Notes under the pieces: model-generated
The model's input: the letters and a program-made list of their open reading frames with translations, nothing else
What the model was told of the DNA's origin: nothing
The model's database searches: none
Position numbers and translations under genes: made by a program
Part shown: positions 11,375 to 21,003 of the stretch, piece by piece
How positions within the stretch are numbered: position 1 is the stretch's first letter
How the letters are laid out: every line of letters starts with the position of its first letter
Origin: Edaphocola sp.
GTDB taxonomy: Bacteria > Bacteroidota > Bacteroidia > Chitinophagales > Chitinophagaceae
NCBI GenBank assembly: GCA_035444785.1
Contig: DAOMPL010000005.1
Location: forward strand, 34,289-98,288
Length of the DNA stretch: 64,000 nt
Direction of reading: 5' to 3'

Positions 11375-11529
11375 AAAACTGAAACTTTAGAATTAAAACA
11401 ATTTTTATAATTACAATTTTTTAAAAAAAATGCAATTGACAAAGTTAAGGGGCAAAGCCTTAGAGTTTTCTTAAAAAAGTAATATTATGTTTGTGAATTG
11501 TCAAAAGGTGCAGAAACACTTTTACAATC

Positions 11530-12636
11530 TTATTTATTTTTAAATGCTTTCAAAAAGTCTTCTAAGCTACTATTAAATGAAAAAGAGCTCTTAGATTCAT
11601 TCCCTTTTTCTTGTTTCTGTTCTTTCAAAGTCTGAGAATTTAAATTTTGCCCACCTGCTGTATTATTATAATCATAGGTTGAGGCATTTCTGTTGACAAT
11701 TATTTTCTCAAGGTCTCTTATTTCTATGGTTTGAGCACTTATCGTTCCCTTCGATATTCCGTATAAATCTCCTAGTAACTTATTGCTATAATCTATATAT
11801 TCAGTCATTTTGGCAAATTGCTTCATTACTTTTTTATACTCCTCAGAATATGCAATCTCAACTTCTTCTTTATAAACAAATTTATCAATATCACCTTCGC
11901 CCAAAACAATACTTACAAATTCAACAAAAGACAAATTGGCTCTCAATAAACTATTTTCAAGAAAACCATTTTTTTCTTGGATGGTTTTAAACAAATTTTT
12001 CAATTGAGTTTCAACATTTATGACACTGGTGTTTTCAAGAGATTCATAATGACCATCTTGAGTTTTGATTATCAATTGATCGTTAAGACTCAAGGTTTTA
12101 GCACAAACGTTTTTCAAACTTTGATTTTCATTTTGAAGGCGTTGAAAGGCTAATTGTCTCACCTCTGATTTTTCCTTATATTTTTCAGACTTAGTTTCAT
12201 TACAGCGGACTTCTAAATCTTTAATTCGGACTTTAGATGCGTCCAGCTTCTCTTTCAACTCAACAACTTGCTCGAATAATTTCTTATTTTTTACACTCCA
12301 TTCCACCTCAGAATTTTTATAAAAATGTTGCCAGGCTTGTTCTTTATCAGCAAATTCAGAAATCTTTTGCTCTAAGTATTGTACTTTTTGTTTTAACGTG
12401 TTGGAAACGTTTTCATGGATTTGATTTTCTTGAATATTCCATTTGCTATTATTCTCTATTTTACAAAATGATTTAAAAGCAGCTGTTTCTATTTTACCCA
12501 ATATTTTTAATCTGAGTCTCTCGAATGAAGTATTGTCTAAATACACCGGACTCCCTTTAATAAATTGCATTAAAAACAAAGGACGCTCTTCATCAAAGGC
12601 TTCAAATATATTATCAAATTTCTCTTCTTGGTTCAT
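11530..12636 (-). CDS. Hypothetical cytoplasmic coiled-coil protein
   Basis: 368-aa ORF with no signal peptide. The long K/E/Q-rich heptad-like central region has no recognisable family motif. Confidence 0.5.
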   Translation of the reverse strand: MNQEEKFDNIFEAFDEERPLFLMQFIKGSPVYLDNTSFERLRLKILGKIETAAFKSFCKIENNSKWNIQENQIHENVSNTLKQKVQYLEQKISEFADKEQAWQHFYKNSEVEWSVKNKKLFEQVVELKEKLDASKVRIKDLEVRCNETKSEKYKEKSEVRQLAFQRLQNENQSLKNVCAKTLSLNDQLIIKTQDGHYESLENTSVINVETQLKNLFKTIQEKNGFLENSLLRANLSFVEFVSIVLGEGDIDKFVYKEEVEIAYSEEYKKVMKQFAKMTEYIDYSNKLLGDLYGISKGTISAQTIEIRDLEKIIVNRNASTYDYNNTAGGQNLNSQTLKEQKQEKGNESKSSFSFNSSLEDFLKAFKNK

Positions 12637-12727
12637 AACGATAATTTAATCTAAAATCAGTGGTTTATAAAAACAAATTCATTAAAGGTACAATTTTTTC
12701 AAGAATGCATCCTTATTAGTTACATTA

Positions 12728-13378
12728 TTAATTATCAAAAACATACTTAATAATATTGGCTCCCATCTGCAAAGCTTGTAAACGCTTTTCAGCACTATCA
12801 TTATGCACTTCCGGATCTTCCCAACCATCACCCAAATCGGTCTCATAAGAATAAAAACACACCAATCGACCTTTGTAAATCAAGCCCCAACCTTTAGGTG
12901 GTTTATTATCATGTTCATGTATCTTTGGAATACCGTTTGGAAAATTATATTTTTGATGATAAATGGGATGATTAAAAGGTAACTCGACAAAACTTAATTC
13001 AGGAAAAACTTTTTTCATCTCGGGTCGCACATATGGATCCAGACCATAGTTATCGTCTATATGCAGAAACCCACCAGCTTCTAAATACAATCTTAAATTT
13101 CTTGCCTCTGCATCTGTAAAAAACATTCTACCATGACCGGTAGCATGAATAAAAGGATAATTAAAAACCTGACTGCTGCCCACTTCTATATGTGCTTCTT
13201 TAGTGTCTAATTTAGTACCTAAGTTTTGATTACAAAATAGTGCCAAATTTTTTAGAGAAGTAGGATTGGCATACCAATCTCCACCACCACCATATACCAA
13301 CAAGCCTAATTTCAATTGTTGGGCGGACGACTTCCAACCCATAAAAAGCAAAAAAATAACACAAAAAAACTTATTCAT
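12728..13378 (-). CDS. DUF4159 domain-containing secreted protein
   Basis: Start moved to MNKFFCVIFLLFMGWKSSAQ (ATG 13378, signal peptide). The LKLGLLVYGGGGDWYANPTSLKNL motif is typical of DUF4159. Overlaps the rsmE stop by 8 nt (ATGAATAA). Confidence 0.65.
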   Translation of the reverse strand: MNKFFCVIFLLFMGWKSSAQQLKLGLLVYGGGGDWYANPTSLKNLALFCNQNLGTKLDTKEAHIEVGSSQVFNYPFIHATGHGRMFFTDAEARNLRLYLEAGGFLHIDDNYGLDPYVRPEMKKVFPELSFVELPFNHPIYHQKYNFPNGIPKIHEHDNKPPKGWGLIYKGRLVCFYSYETDLGDGWEDPEVHNDSAEKRLQALQMGANIIKYVFDN

Positions 13379-14090
13379 TATTGATGGCATTAAAAAGGGT
13401 ACAGGCATACAATCCGGCAGTTTCGGTACGCAATCTGTTTTTACCAAAACTTACCGATTTAAATTCTTTTTGCAAACATAATTCAATTTCTTCTTCGGAA
13501 AAATCGCCCTCAGGCCCTACCAAAACCAGAGTGTCTTTATTCTTTTCCAATGCTTGCAATAAATCCTTTCTTTCGGCTGCCTCCACACAATGTGCAATAA
13601 ACTTTTGTCCTTTAAAAGCTTCCATCTCAACCATAAACTCTTTCAACTTTTTTGACAGGTGTAAAACCGGTAAATATGCTTGTTGAGATTGTAACATGGC
13701 AGCAACTAAAATTCCATTTAATCGTTCAAAATTTACCTTATCACGCTCACTACGTTGGCTAATAATAGGGTAAATATGGCTTATGCCCATTTCTGTTATT
13801 TTTTCTAGCAACCATTCATTCCTGGTTTTATTCTTAGTAAAAGCAATAGCCAATGAAAATTCAGGTAATGGTTTTTCTAAAAATTTATTGGATTTTATAT
13901 TTACTACTGTATGTTTTTTTGAAGGAGTTTTTATCTCGGCCTCACACCTCAACCCCTTACCATTAGTAAGAATAATTGCATCTCCTACTTCCATTCTTAA
14001 TACTTGAATGCAATGTTTAGAGGTAGCCTCATCCAAAACATATTCTTTAAGATTATCACTCAGAAATTCTTGATAAAAAAATGGTAACAT
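13371..14090 (-). CDS. rsmE: 16S rRNA (uracil1498-N3)-methyltransferase
   Basis: 239 aa. N-terminal PUA-like HCIQVLRMEVGD, then LVGPEGDFSEEEI and LGKNRLRTETAG, the RsmE SPOUT motifs. Confidence 0.85.
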   Translation of the reverse strand: MLPFFYQEFLSDNLKEYVLDEATSKHCIQVLRMEVGDAIILTNGKGLRCEAEIKTPSKKHTVVNIKSNKFLEKPLPEFSLAIAFTKNKTRNEWLLEKITEMGISHIYPIISQRSERDKVNFERLNGILVAAMLQSQQAYLPVLHLSKKLKEFMVEMEAFKGQKFIAHCVEAAERKDLLQALEKNKDTLVLVGPEGDFSEEEIELCLQKEFKSVSFGKNRLRTETAGLYACTLFNAINNE

Positions 14091-14097
14091 AATTGTA

Positions 14098-14667
14098 TTA
14101 ATACGGGAAAATATAGGTAATCATTATTTCTTTTGGTTTAGAAAACCTGCCCTTTTCATGCTCAAAAATAACGATTTTATCATTCACATAATAGGATAAT
14201 TTCTGTTGCTTACTCAAAAACCAATTTTTTTCATAAGTTTCAATATAAATCGATTTCACTTTACGGGAAAAGTTGTCATAATTAACATCTTCTCTTTGGA
14301 CAAACAATTTAGGATCTTTTGCCTGATAGGTAATGGTGGAAAGCTCTAAGAAATTATCATCAAAATTACTATAAGAATATTTATCATAATACTTAGGATT
14401 GCTAATATCCGCCTTACTAAATAATTTGAAAACAGCAGCCCAATCTATCTCATCTATTGGTAGATAAGTGGTATCGGTTTTCCCATTGATAGCTACTACT
14501 TTGGTAATGGCTATTGGTTCACCAACCTTTAGATTGTACTGATCAATAATAAATTGATTAACAGACCAATAAGAAGTATCCGGGTCATAATCTACAGCTA
14601 CTTTTTCTTTGCAAGAAAAACAAAATACCGTCAAAAAGATACCGATAATTATATGTTTCAAGTTCAA
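14098..14667 (-). CDS. Hypothetical lipoprotein
   Basis: 189 aa with signal peptide and lipobox (...VFCFSC). No family recognised. Confidence 0.5.
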   Translation of the reverse strand: MNLKHIIIGIFLTVFCFSCKEKVAVDYDPDTSYWSVNQFIIDQYNLKVGEPIAITKVVAINGKTDTTYLPIDEIDWAAVFKLFSKADISNPKYYDKYSYSNFDDNFLELSTITYQAKDPKLFVQREDVNYDNFSRKVKSIYIETYEKNWFLSKQQKLSYYVNDKIVIFEHEKGRFSKPKEIMITYIFPY

Positions 14668-14780
14668 AATAATTTTTTTAAGGATAAAAACGAAGCGAAT
14701 TTAATAAAAATTTCAAGTACCATGTAACTTTTTAAAAAAATATTAGTCAAAAGGCTGATTAAACATTATTCTCAAATATT

Positions 14781-15518
14781 ATGAAAAGCATTCAAGTTTT
14801 GTTTTTTTTATTACTATTTTCTCTTTCAGGCTTTGGCCAAAAGACTAATAGAAGCATCATCCATTTCAGATTAAGTGATGGTCAGCCTTTAATGATAACG
14901 ATCAATGGAAGAGAGTTTAGGAAAGTAAACACCAATATTACGATTTTCGATTTACCCGGAAAGAGGCATCATATCCGTGCTTATAAATACCGTGCCTATG
15001 CCGATGGCAAAGGAGGGAAAGCAGAATTGTTATATTCTGGCAGCTTTAAGATACAGAAAGGAAATGAATATGATGCCATAATCGATGTAAACAGAAGTAT
15101 TTTAAGATTAAAAAAAATGGAAAATTTTGGTCAGAATTTTCAAGAAAGAAATCGTCTCTCTCCAGCTCTGGCTCCAAATGCACAGCATAACATGATTCTT
15201 GAAAATAACCTTATCACTGAAAATAGAGATAGTCAATTAAGTACTAATTTGTCTATCCTTAAAGAACAAATAAACAATGTAGAAGAGGATAGTAAAAAAT
15301 TAAAATTGGCTCAAGATTTCGTTCAAAAGAACACTTTTACCACCTCAGAGTTAAGAAACATCTGTGAATGGATTATGTTTGATGACAATAAAATGAAATT
15401 GCTAAAAACCGCTTATCCAAATTTAACCGACCGCAATAATTTTGCTTCTCTAAAAAATATTTTCACTTTGCCTGAAGCTCAAAAAGATTTTGAATCCTAT
15501 GCACAAAACCCAAGATAG
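14781..15518 (+). CDS. DUF4476 domain-containing secreted protein
   Basis: 245 aa with a signal peptide. The C-terminal FTTSELRNICEWIMFDDNKMKLLKTAYPNLTDRNNF pattern is typical of DUF4476. Confidence 0.6.
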   Translation: MKSIQVLFFLLLFSLSGFGQKTNRSIIHFRLSDGQPLMITINGREFRKVNTNITIFDLPGKRHHIRAYKYRAYADGKGGKAELLYSGSFKIQKGNEYDAIIDVNRSILRLKKMENFGQNFQERNRLSPALAPNAQHNMILENNLITENRDSQLSTNLSILKEQINNVEEDSKKLKLAQDFVQKNTFTTSELRNICEWIMFDDNKMKLLKTAYPNLTDRNNFASLKNIFTLPEAQKDFESYAQNPR

Positions 15519-15540
15519 CTTCAAATAGTAGATTTCTTTA

Positions 15541-15571
15541 AGAGTGTATGCCCAAAAAGCATGCACTCTTA
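15541..15571 (+). terminator. Possible terminator hairpin after the DUF4476 gene
   Basis: AAGAGTGTATGC / GCATGCACTCTT stem with one G-U pair, followed by only a weak T-run. Confidence 0.35.
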
Positions 15572-15652
15572 CTTTTACGTATCTCTTCAACATAAAAAGG
15601 TTAATCAATTTCTAAATAATCAAAATCCATATTATATTCAACTGCTATTTAA

Positions 15653-15660
15653 TACTTTTG
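15653..15660 (+). promoter_or_regulatory. -7 box TACTTTTG upstream of the MATE gene
   Basis: TAnnTTTG overlaps the TTG used as the track start (15658). This argues for the ATG at 15679 as the real start. Confidence 0.4.
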
Positions 15661-15678
15661 CAGCCACAAAAAACAAAA

Positions 15679-17064
15679 ATGTCGATAAAATCAGAATCAT
15701 TAAAAACCGGTAAATTAGCGATTCCACTTATTCTTGGAGAGATTGCACAAATCATCTTACACATGTTAGATTTAGCGATGATAGGTGCTTTGGGTGCAAA
15801 CAGCTACCAGCAGGTGGCAGCTTCTGCCTTGGTTTTTAATGTGATTATTATTCCATTTGTAATAGGCATTGGCATATCTATGTCTGTATCACAAATGGTT
15901 TCATTGGCAAATGGCAAGGGGGATGATAAATTAGTTTCACATTATTTTTTCAATGGTTTTTGGCTATGTGCATTCTTGGCAATACTCATCTCTTTTGGTA
16001 TTGAAATGAGCCAAGATTTCATTTTATCATACGGTGGCAACCAAGAAAAAGAAGTCACAGAAATGGCAAAACCATTTATGAGGGTAATGGGAATTTCAAT
16101 AATTCCAATGATACTTTTCATGACCTTGAAACAGTTTACAGATGGATTGGAATACACTAAGATCGCAATGGTATTGTCTTTTGCCTCTGTTCCTATCAAT
16201 GCTTTTATCAACTGGTTATTAATTTTTGGCAATTGGGGTTTTCCTAGAATGGAAATGATGGGTGCTGCCTATGGCACTTTAATCACCAGAACATTAATTT
16301 TTATAGCTTTGGGCTATGTAGTATTAAACCACAAAGTCTTCAAAAAATATATAGATTTAAAAAAGACAGAATGGCATTTCAAATGGAAAACTATTAAAGA
16401 GCTTTTGCACATCGGCATCCCGAGTGGCTTGCAATTTGGTTTAGAGGCCGGAGTATTTGCTTTTAGTGCTATTTTAATATTTGAGCTATTCGGAGCCCGT
16501 CAAATGGCTGCCCACCAGGTAGCCATGCAGTGTGCTTCCTTTACCTATATGATTTCAACAGGCCTTAGCCAAGCAGGAGCCATTAGGGTGAGTAATGCTT
16601 TTGGCAGAAAAGACTGGGTTAAAATTTCTACAATCGGGAAAAGCAATTTGATAATATCAATGAGCTATGGTATTATTTGTGCATTATTCTTCTTTTTACT
16701 CAGAGATTATTTACCTTTAATCTTTTTAGAAGATTCCGGAAAAGGTAGTGGAGGAAACAATGAGGTTATTGTTATTGCAAGCAACCTGCTACTGTTGGCA
16801 GCCATATTCCAACTATCAGACACTTCCCAGGCAATAAGTGCCGGATTGTTAAGAGGCATCAAAGACGTTAAAGTGCCTACTTTTTTGATGTTTTTTGGTT
16901 ATTGGGTCATCAGCTTGCCAATAGGTTATTGGATGGCTACAGAACAAAACTTTCAAACTTCAGGTATATGGTGGGGTTTTATTATTGGGCTAACTTTTAC
17001 TTCAATAACTTTGACCTCAAGATTTTTTATAAAAATTAAAAATAATGTTACAAAAAATAAATAA
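15679..17064 (+). CDS. MATE family efflux transporter
   Basis: About 460 aa and 12 TM segments, with NorM/MatE-like repeats (PLILGEIAQ..., GIPSGLQFGLEAGVFA). Confidence 0.85.
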   Translation: MSIKSESLKTGKLAIPLILGEIAQIILHMLDLAMIGALGANSYQQVAASALVFNVIIIPFVIGIGISMSVSQMVSLANGKGDDKLVSHYFFNGFWLCAFLAILISFGIEMSQDFILSYGGNQEKEVTEMAKPFMRVMGISIIPMILFMTLKQFTDGLEYTKIAMVLSFASVPINAFINWLLIFGNWGFPRMEMMGAAYGTLITRTLIFIALGYVVLNHKVFKKYIDLKKTEWHFKWKTIKELLHIGIPSGLQFGLEAGVFAFSAILIFELFGARQMAAHQVAMQCASFTYMISTGLSQAGAIRVSNAFGRKDWVKISTIGKSNLIISMSYGIICALFFFLLRDYLPLIFLEDSGKGSGGNNEVIVIASNLLLLAAIFQLSDTSQAISAGLLRGIKDVKVPTFLMFFGYWVISLPIGYWMATEQNFQTSGIWWGFIIGLTFTSITLTSRFFIKIKNNVTKNK

Positions 17065-18031
17065 AAATATCGGTCTTTTGGGTTTATCATTCATGTTTAC
17101 CCAAACCATTTTAGCACAAAATAATACTGGAGAAATCCCGCTTTCAGATTCAAGAATCAGCCACTGGGCCAATACTTGTATTGTCCAAAGAGGTTGGATA
17201 AACATTGCCGATACCACTTTGGGAAAGACCAGTTCTGGCACAGAACAAAATGCTGTTGGACCTGTAGGACCCAGTAAAAATATCTCTTTAGGAGATAGTG
17301 GTGTAGCCCTTTTAAGTTTCAATCCACCCATAAAAAATATTAATGGTCCGGATTTTGCAGTATTTGAAAATGGATTTAAAGACCTTTCAGATACCTCAAA
17401 ATCATTTCTTGAATTTGCTATTGTTGAGGTTAGCTCAGATGGACAAAACTTTGTAAGATTTCCGGCACAATATACCGGACAAACCAACACACAACTCGGC
17501 TCTCTTGAGGCTACAGAAGGGAAATACTACCATAATTTGGCAGGAAATTATATTTATGGATATGGTACACCTTTTGACCTCGAAGAGCTTAAAGACAGTA
17601 CCGGTATCGACATCAACAATATTAGCCATGTAAGATTGGTCGATGTGGTAGGGAGCATAGACCCCAACTTGGGCAGCAAAGATGCGAATGGAAATATGAT
17701 CAATGACCCCTTTCCCACTCCATTTCCAACTGGTGGATTTGACCTTTCCGGCATTGCCGTTTTATCCATTCCTAATAGTATTAAAGATAAGCCATCCAAC
17801 AATTCAACAATAGCAATTTTCCCTAACCCGGCAGGGCAATACATTACAGTTGGAAATATAAATGCCCAAAAGTTTAGCTATGAAATTCTAAATGCTTTAG
17901 GTCAAATATTATTGTCAGGAACAGAGATAAATGGCTACAACATTGATGTATCAAGCCTTCCCAAAGGATTATATACTTGCAGGGTTAAATATAACAATAA
18001 GAAATGTATGAATATTTTTGTCAAAAAATAA
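17045..18031 (+). CDS. T9SS-sorted secreted protein
   Basis: Signal peptide ...TQTILAQ. C-terminal IFPNPAGQYITVGN...GLYTCRVKYNNK...IFVKK T9SS CTD. Overlaps the MATE stop by 20 nt. Confidence 0.7.
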   Translation: MLQKINKNIGLLGLSFMFTQTILAQNNTGEIPLSDSRISHWANTCIVQRGWINIADTTLGKTSSGTEQNAVGPVGPSKNISLGDSGVALLSFNPPIKNINGPDFAVFENGFKDLSDTSKSFLEFAIVEVSSDGQNFVRFPAQYTGQTNTQLGSLEATEGKYYHNLAGNYIYGYGTPFDLEELKDSTGIDINNISHVRLVDVVGSIDPNLGSKDANGNMINDPFPTPFPTGGFDLSGIAVLSIPNSIKDKPSNNSTIAIFPNPAGQYITVGNINAQKFSYEILNALGQILLSGTEINGYNIDVSSLPKGLYTCRVKYNNKKCMNIFVKK

Positions 18032-18136
18032 ACCTTTATACTTATTTTTACGTCTATATTACAAACCTAACTTCTTTTATTCCATGAATTTGAAATGGAA
18101 TATGGCTTTTTTGAAAAAATAAAAATAATAAGAATC

Positions 18137-18514
18137 ATGAAATTTGCAATTAAGATAGAACCAACAATAACAATAATAGCACCAGAAACAGAAGTGATGG
18201 ATATGGAGGTTGGAGCGGCTTTATTGTCAAAGGTAAATGAGGAAATAAGAAACACACCCTACCCTAGTATCATTGTGGATTTAGGGCAGGTGGAACAACT
18301 TCTGAATGAAAGCATTTCCTCAATCCTTTCCATTCAGGAATCCATTGAGAAAAGTGAAGGGATTTTAGTCTTTGCTTGCCTTCAAGATTTTGTTTTACAA
18401 AAAGTGAAGCAAGAAAGGTTGCACCTCAACATTCATGTGGCACATAATATTGAAGATGCAAAAGACCTTATCAATAAAGAACAAGTAAGCAGGAGTTTGC
18501 TTAAAGAATTATAA
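18137..18514 (+). CDS. Possible STAS-domain (anti-sigma antagonist-like) protein
   Basis: Start at MKFAIKIEP (ATG 18137). The size and the pattern (IIVDLGQVEQLLNESISSIL...GILVFACL) resemble SpoIIAA/STAS. This call is weak. Confidence 0.4.
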   Translation: MKFAIKIEPTITIIAPETEVMDMEVGAALLSKVNEEIRNTPYPSIIVDLGQVEQLLNESISSILSIQESIEKSEGILVFACLQDFVLQKVKQERLHLNIHVAHNIEDAKDLINKEQVSRSLLKEL

Positions 18515-18521
18515 TTATTTT

Positions 18522-19430
18522 GTGGAAATAACTATTCTAGGTAACAATTCTGCTATCCCATCTCATGGTAGGAATCCAACTGCTCAAACAGTTGCCATTA
18601 GAGACCATTTGCTTTTGCTGGACTGTGGTGAAGGAACACAGATGCAAATGATAAAATACAGTATCAAAAGGAGTAAAATTGGACATATTTTTATTTCCCA
18701 TTTACATGGAGACCATTTTTTTGGATTGATTGGTTTAATAAATAGTTTTGGACTTTTAGGCAGGACAGACCCATTGCATATTTTTTGCCCGGAAGCCTTA
18801 CCCGAAATTATTCAATTGCAATTGGATGCAGCAAAAGGAAGAATGCCTTTTGAAATTATTTTCTACCCCATTAAGGATTCAGGAGAACGCCGTATTTTGG
18901 TAGATCATAAAGATTTTAAGGTAAGTTGCTTCCCTGTAAATCATAAAATCCCCACTCATGGTTTTTTAATCCATGAAAAAAGAAAACCAAGGCAACTCAA
19001 TATCAAGGTATGCTTAGAATTGAATGTTCCAAAATCTTATTACGGTAAACTTCAAGATGGAGAGGATTACCTAAAAGAAGACGGTACAACTATCAAGAAT
19101 GAGCTACTCACGCTGGAAGGAAAAGGAGACAAGACTTATGCTTTTTGTGCCGATACAATATTTACAGATTCTTTTATTGAAGACATCAAGCATGCTAACT
19201 ATATTTACCATGAGTCCACATATTTAGAGTCCGAGAAGCTTCTGGCAACCCAAAGATACCATTCTACTGCAAGTCAGGCTGCACAAATAGCATTAAAAGC
19301 ACAAGTAGGTCATTTGCTATTAGGACACTATTCCAGTAGATATTTGAATATTTCAGAATTTGAAAGTCAGGCTAGGGTTATTTTTCCTAACACAATAGCC
19401 ACAAAAGAAGGGGATAAAATTGAATTTTAA
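18522..19430 (+). CDS. rnz: Ribonuclease Z
   Basis: 302 aa with a GTG start. Metallo-beta-lactamase motif ISHLHGDHFFGL and the RNase Z N-terminus ITILGNNSAIPS. Confidence 0.9.
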   Translation: MEITILGNNSAIPSHGRNPTAQTVAIRDHLLLLDCGEGTQMQMIKYSIKRSKIGHIFISHLHGDHFFGLIGLINSFGLLGRTDPLHIFCPEALPEIIQLQLDAAKGRMPFEIIFYPIKDSGERRILVDHKDFKVSCFPVNHKIPTHGFLIHEKRKPRQLNIKVCLELNVPKSYYGKLQDGEDYLKEDGTTIKNELLTLEGKGDKTYAFCADTIFTDSFIEDIKHANYIYHESTYLESEKLLATQRYHSTASQAAQIALKAQVGHLLLGHYSSRYLNISEFESQARVIFPNTIATKEGDKIEF

Positions 19431-19458
19431 TTTTTTTAAAAAAAATGTTTAAATAAAA

Positions 19459-19489
19459 TTTGGTAAAAATAAATATTACATTATCTTTG
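19459..19489 (+). promoter_or_regulatory. Promoter of tRNA-His (-33 TTTG, -7 TATCTTTG)
   Basis: TTTG at 19459-19462 and TAnnTTTG at 19482-19489 are 19 nt apart. The -7 box ends 12 nt before the tRNA 5' end. Confidence 0.45.
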
Positions 19490-19501
19490 CAATCCATTCA
19501 C

Positions 19502-19576
<75 letters not shown>

Positions 19577-19580
19577 CACT

Positions 19581-19624
19581 AAACAAAAGAGGAAATCAAT
19601 ATTGATTTCCTCTTTTGTTTTTTT
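19581..19624 (+). terminator. Terminator after tRNA-His (perfect 40-nt palindrome plus T-run)
   Basis: AAACAAAAGAGGAAATCAAT / ATTGATTTCCTCTTTTGTTT is a perfect inverted repeat, followed by TTTTT. Confidence 0.7.
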
Positions 19625-19693
19625 CACAAACTCTATTTTACTTCTTGGTAACAAACAATTATTTCGATTTTTCAAAAAGTATGAGCTTTGGAA

Positions 19694-20188
19694 TTAAAGT
19701 TTATACTTAAAAGTACCATCAATACTTATTTCTGTATTATCAGTTTCATTTTTTAATTTTCCGTATAATTTACCTTCAACTGTTCCATCGGAAACATTTG
19801 TCACTTCAACAGTAAAATCATTTTCACCAGGTGCAGCAGCCCACCCTGTGGACTCTTTAGTATAGCTCATAGTTGGAAATTGTTCAGAACTTGACATATT
19901 GGCAAATTCATATTTACCAACGGTTGCATTTGCAGGCATCAGCATTAATACCATCTCCGTTTGAAAAGTTGAGGTATTCACTTTAGATGCATTTACATTT
20001 AAATAGGTTCCATTAGACGAGACCGTACTCATTAAATCATCGGAGTTAAACTGACCGGATGTGGCACCACTAACAGAGAACGAAAACCGACTTTGTCCTG
20101 ACTTTAGGGGTGCATTGTTCATTTTAGTACATCCTACAATTAACAATAGGAAGCTCAAGGCAATCAATAAATTTTTCATAATTTTCAT
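19694..20188 (-). CDS. Hypothetical lipoprotein
   Basis: 164 aa with lipobox ...LLIVGC. Appears beta-rich. No family recognised. Confidence 0.5.
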   Translation of the reverse strand: MKIMKNLLIALSFLLLIVGCTKMNNAPLKSGQSRFSFSVSGATSGQFNSDDLMSTVSSNGTYLNVNASKVNTSTFQTEMVLMLMPANATVGKYEFANMSSSEQFPTMSYTKESTGWAAAPGENDFTVEVTNVSDGTVEGKLYGKLKNETDNTEISIDGTFKYKL

Positions 20189-20263
20189 TTTTTTGTTAAT
20201 ACAAATTTATAACATAAATTCGATTCAAACAATGGGCTGAATGTCCCATTTTGCACATAAAGA

Positions 20264-20998
20264 TTAATGTAAAATAGCTTGTAATACCGGCAAAGATTTC
20301 AACGGCTTAAAACTTTTATCATGCCACTGCAAAAAAATCAAATAGGCCTCCAGAATTGACTTCCTATCAATACTTTCCAAATGAAATGCCAATACGTTTT
20401 CTAAGCTTCTTTCATTAAGAATATTAAAAATAATAAAAGAAAGCCTTTTATCAAAACCATGAGTGTCTAAAACTTGCTGCTGCTGAAAATTTCCTTCTAA
20501 AGGATTGAAAAAGCAATGTTCCTCATCAAACTGCTCACTAAAAGCGTAGCCCATTAAGCGAGACGTTTCTTTTAAAAAATAAATAGGAGCATTAGCCAAA
20601 TATTTATTGTCAAGGGTATCTATTTTTTTTAGAAAATCAACAGTAAAATAAAACAAGTCCTCTTGTGCATCCGGAGTAGTAACAAAATTGCCCAACACTT
20701 CAACACAAAAAAGCATGATAGCATTCTTAATCACATCCTCTCCTATCCCTTTAAAAAAATAATCTAAATGATATTCTTTTATATAATTAATTGCCTTAGA
20801 GTCTTGGTGATAAACTTGCATTTCAAGTATGTTTCCCGACCTAAACAAGACCCCTTTGGCATTATGCTTACTTTGACTTCTCACCCCTTTAATCAAATAT
20901 GCCTGTAAGCCTAAAAGCTCGGTAAAGATATTGCAAATGATACTTGTGTCGCCATACTTTACCACTTTCAGCACAATTCCTTTAGTTCCAATAATCAT
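20264..20998 (-). CDS. recO: DNA repair protein RecO
   Basis: 244 aa. The N-terminal OB-fold pattern GIVLKVVKYGDTSIICNIFTELLGLQAYLIKGVRS is typical of Bacteroidetes RecO. Confidence 0.8.
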   Translation of the reverse strand: MIIGTKGIVLKVVKYGDTSIICNIFTELLGLQAYLIKGVRSQSKHNAKGVLFRSGNILEMQVYHQDSKAINYIKEYHLDYFFKGIGEDVIKNAIMLFCVEVLGNFVTTPDAQEDLFYFTVDFLKKIDTLDNKYLANAPIYFLKETSRLMGYAFSEQFDEEHCFFNPLEGNFQQQQVLDTHGFDKRLSFIIFNILNERSLENVLAFHLESIDRKSILEAYLIFLQWHDKSFKPLKSLPVLQAILH

Positions 20999-21003
20999 AA
21001 ATT

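Noticed and set aside
13371-17064. Gene overlaps: rsmE/DUF4159 by 8 nt (ATGAATAA) and MATE/T9SS cargo by 20 nt.
   Set aside because: Short overlaps of this kind are ordinary translational coupling in compact bacterial operons.
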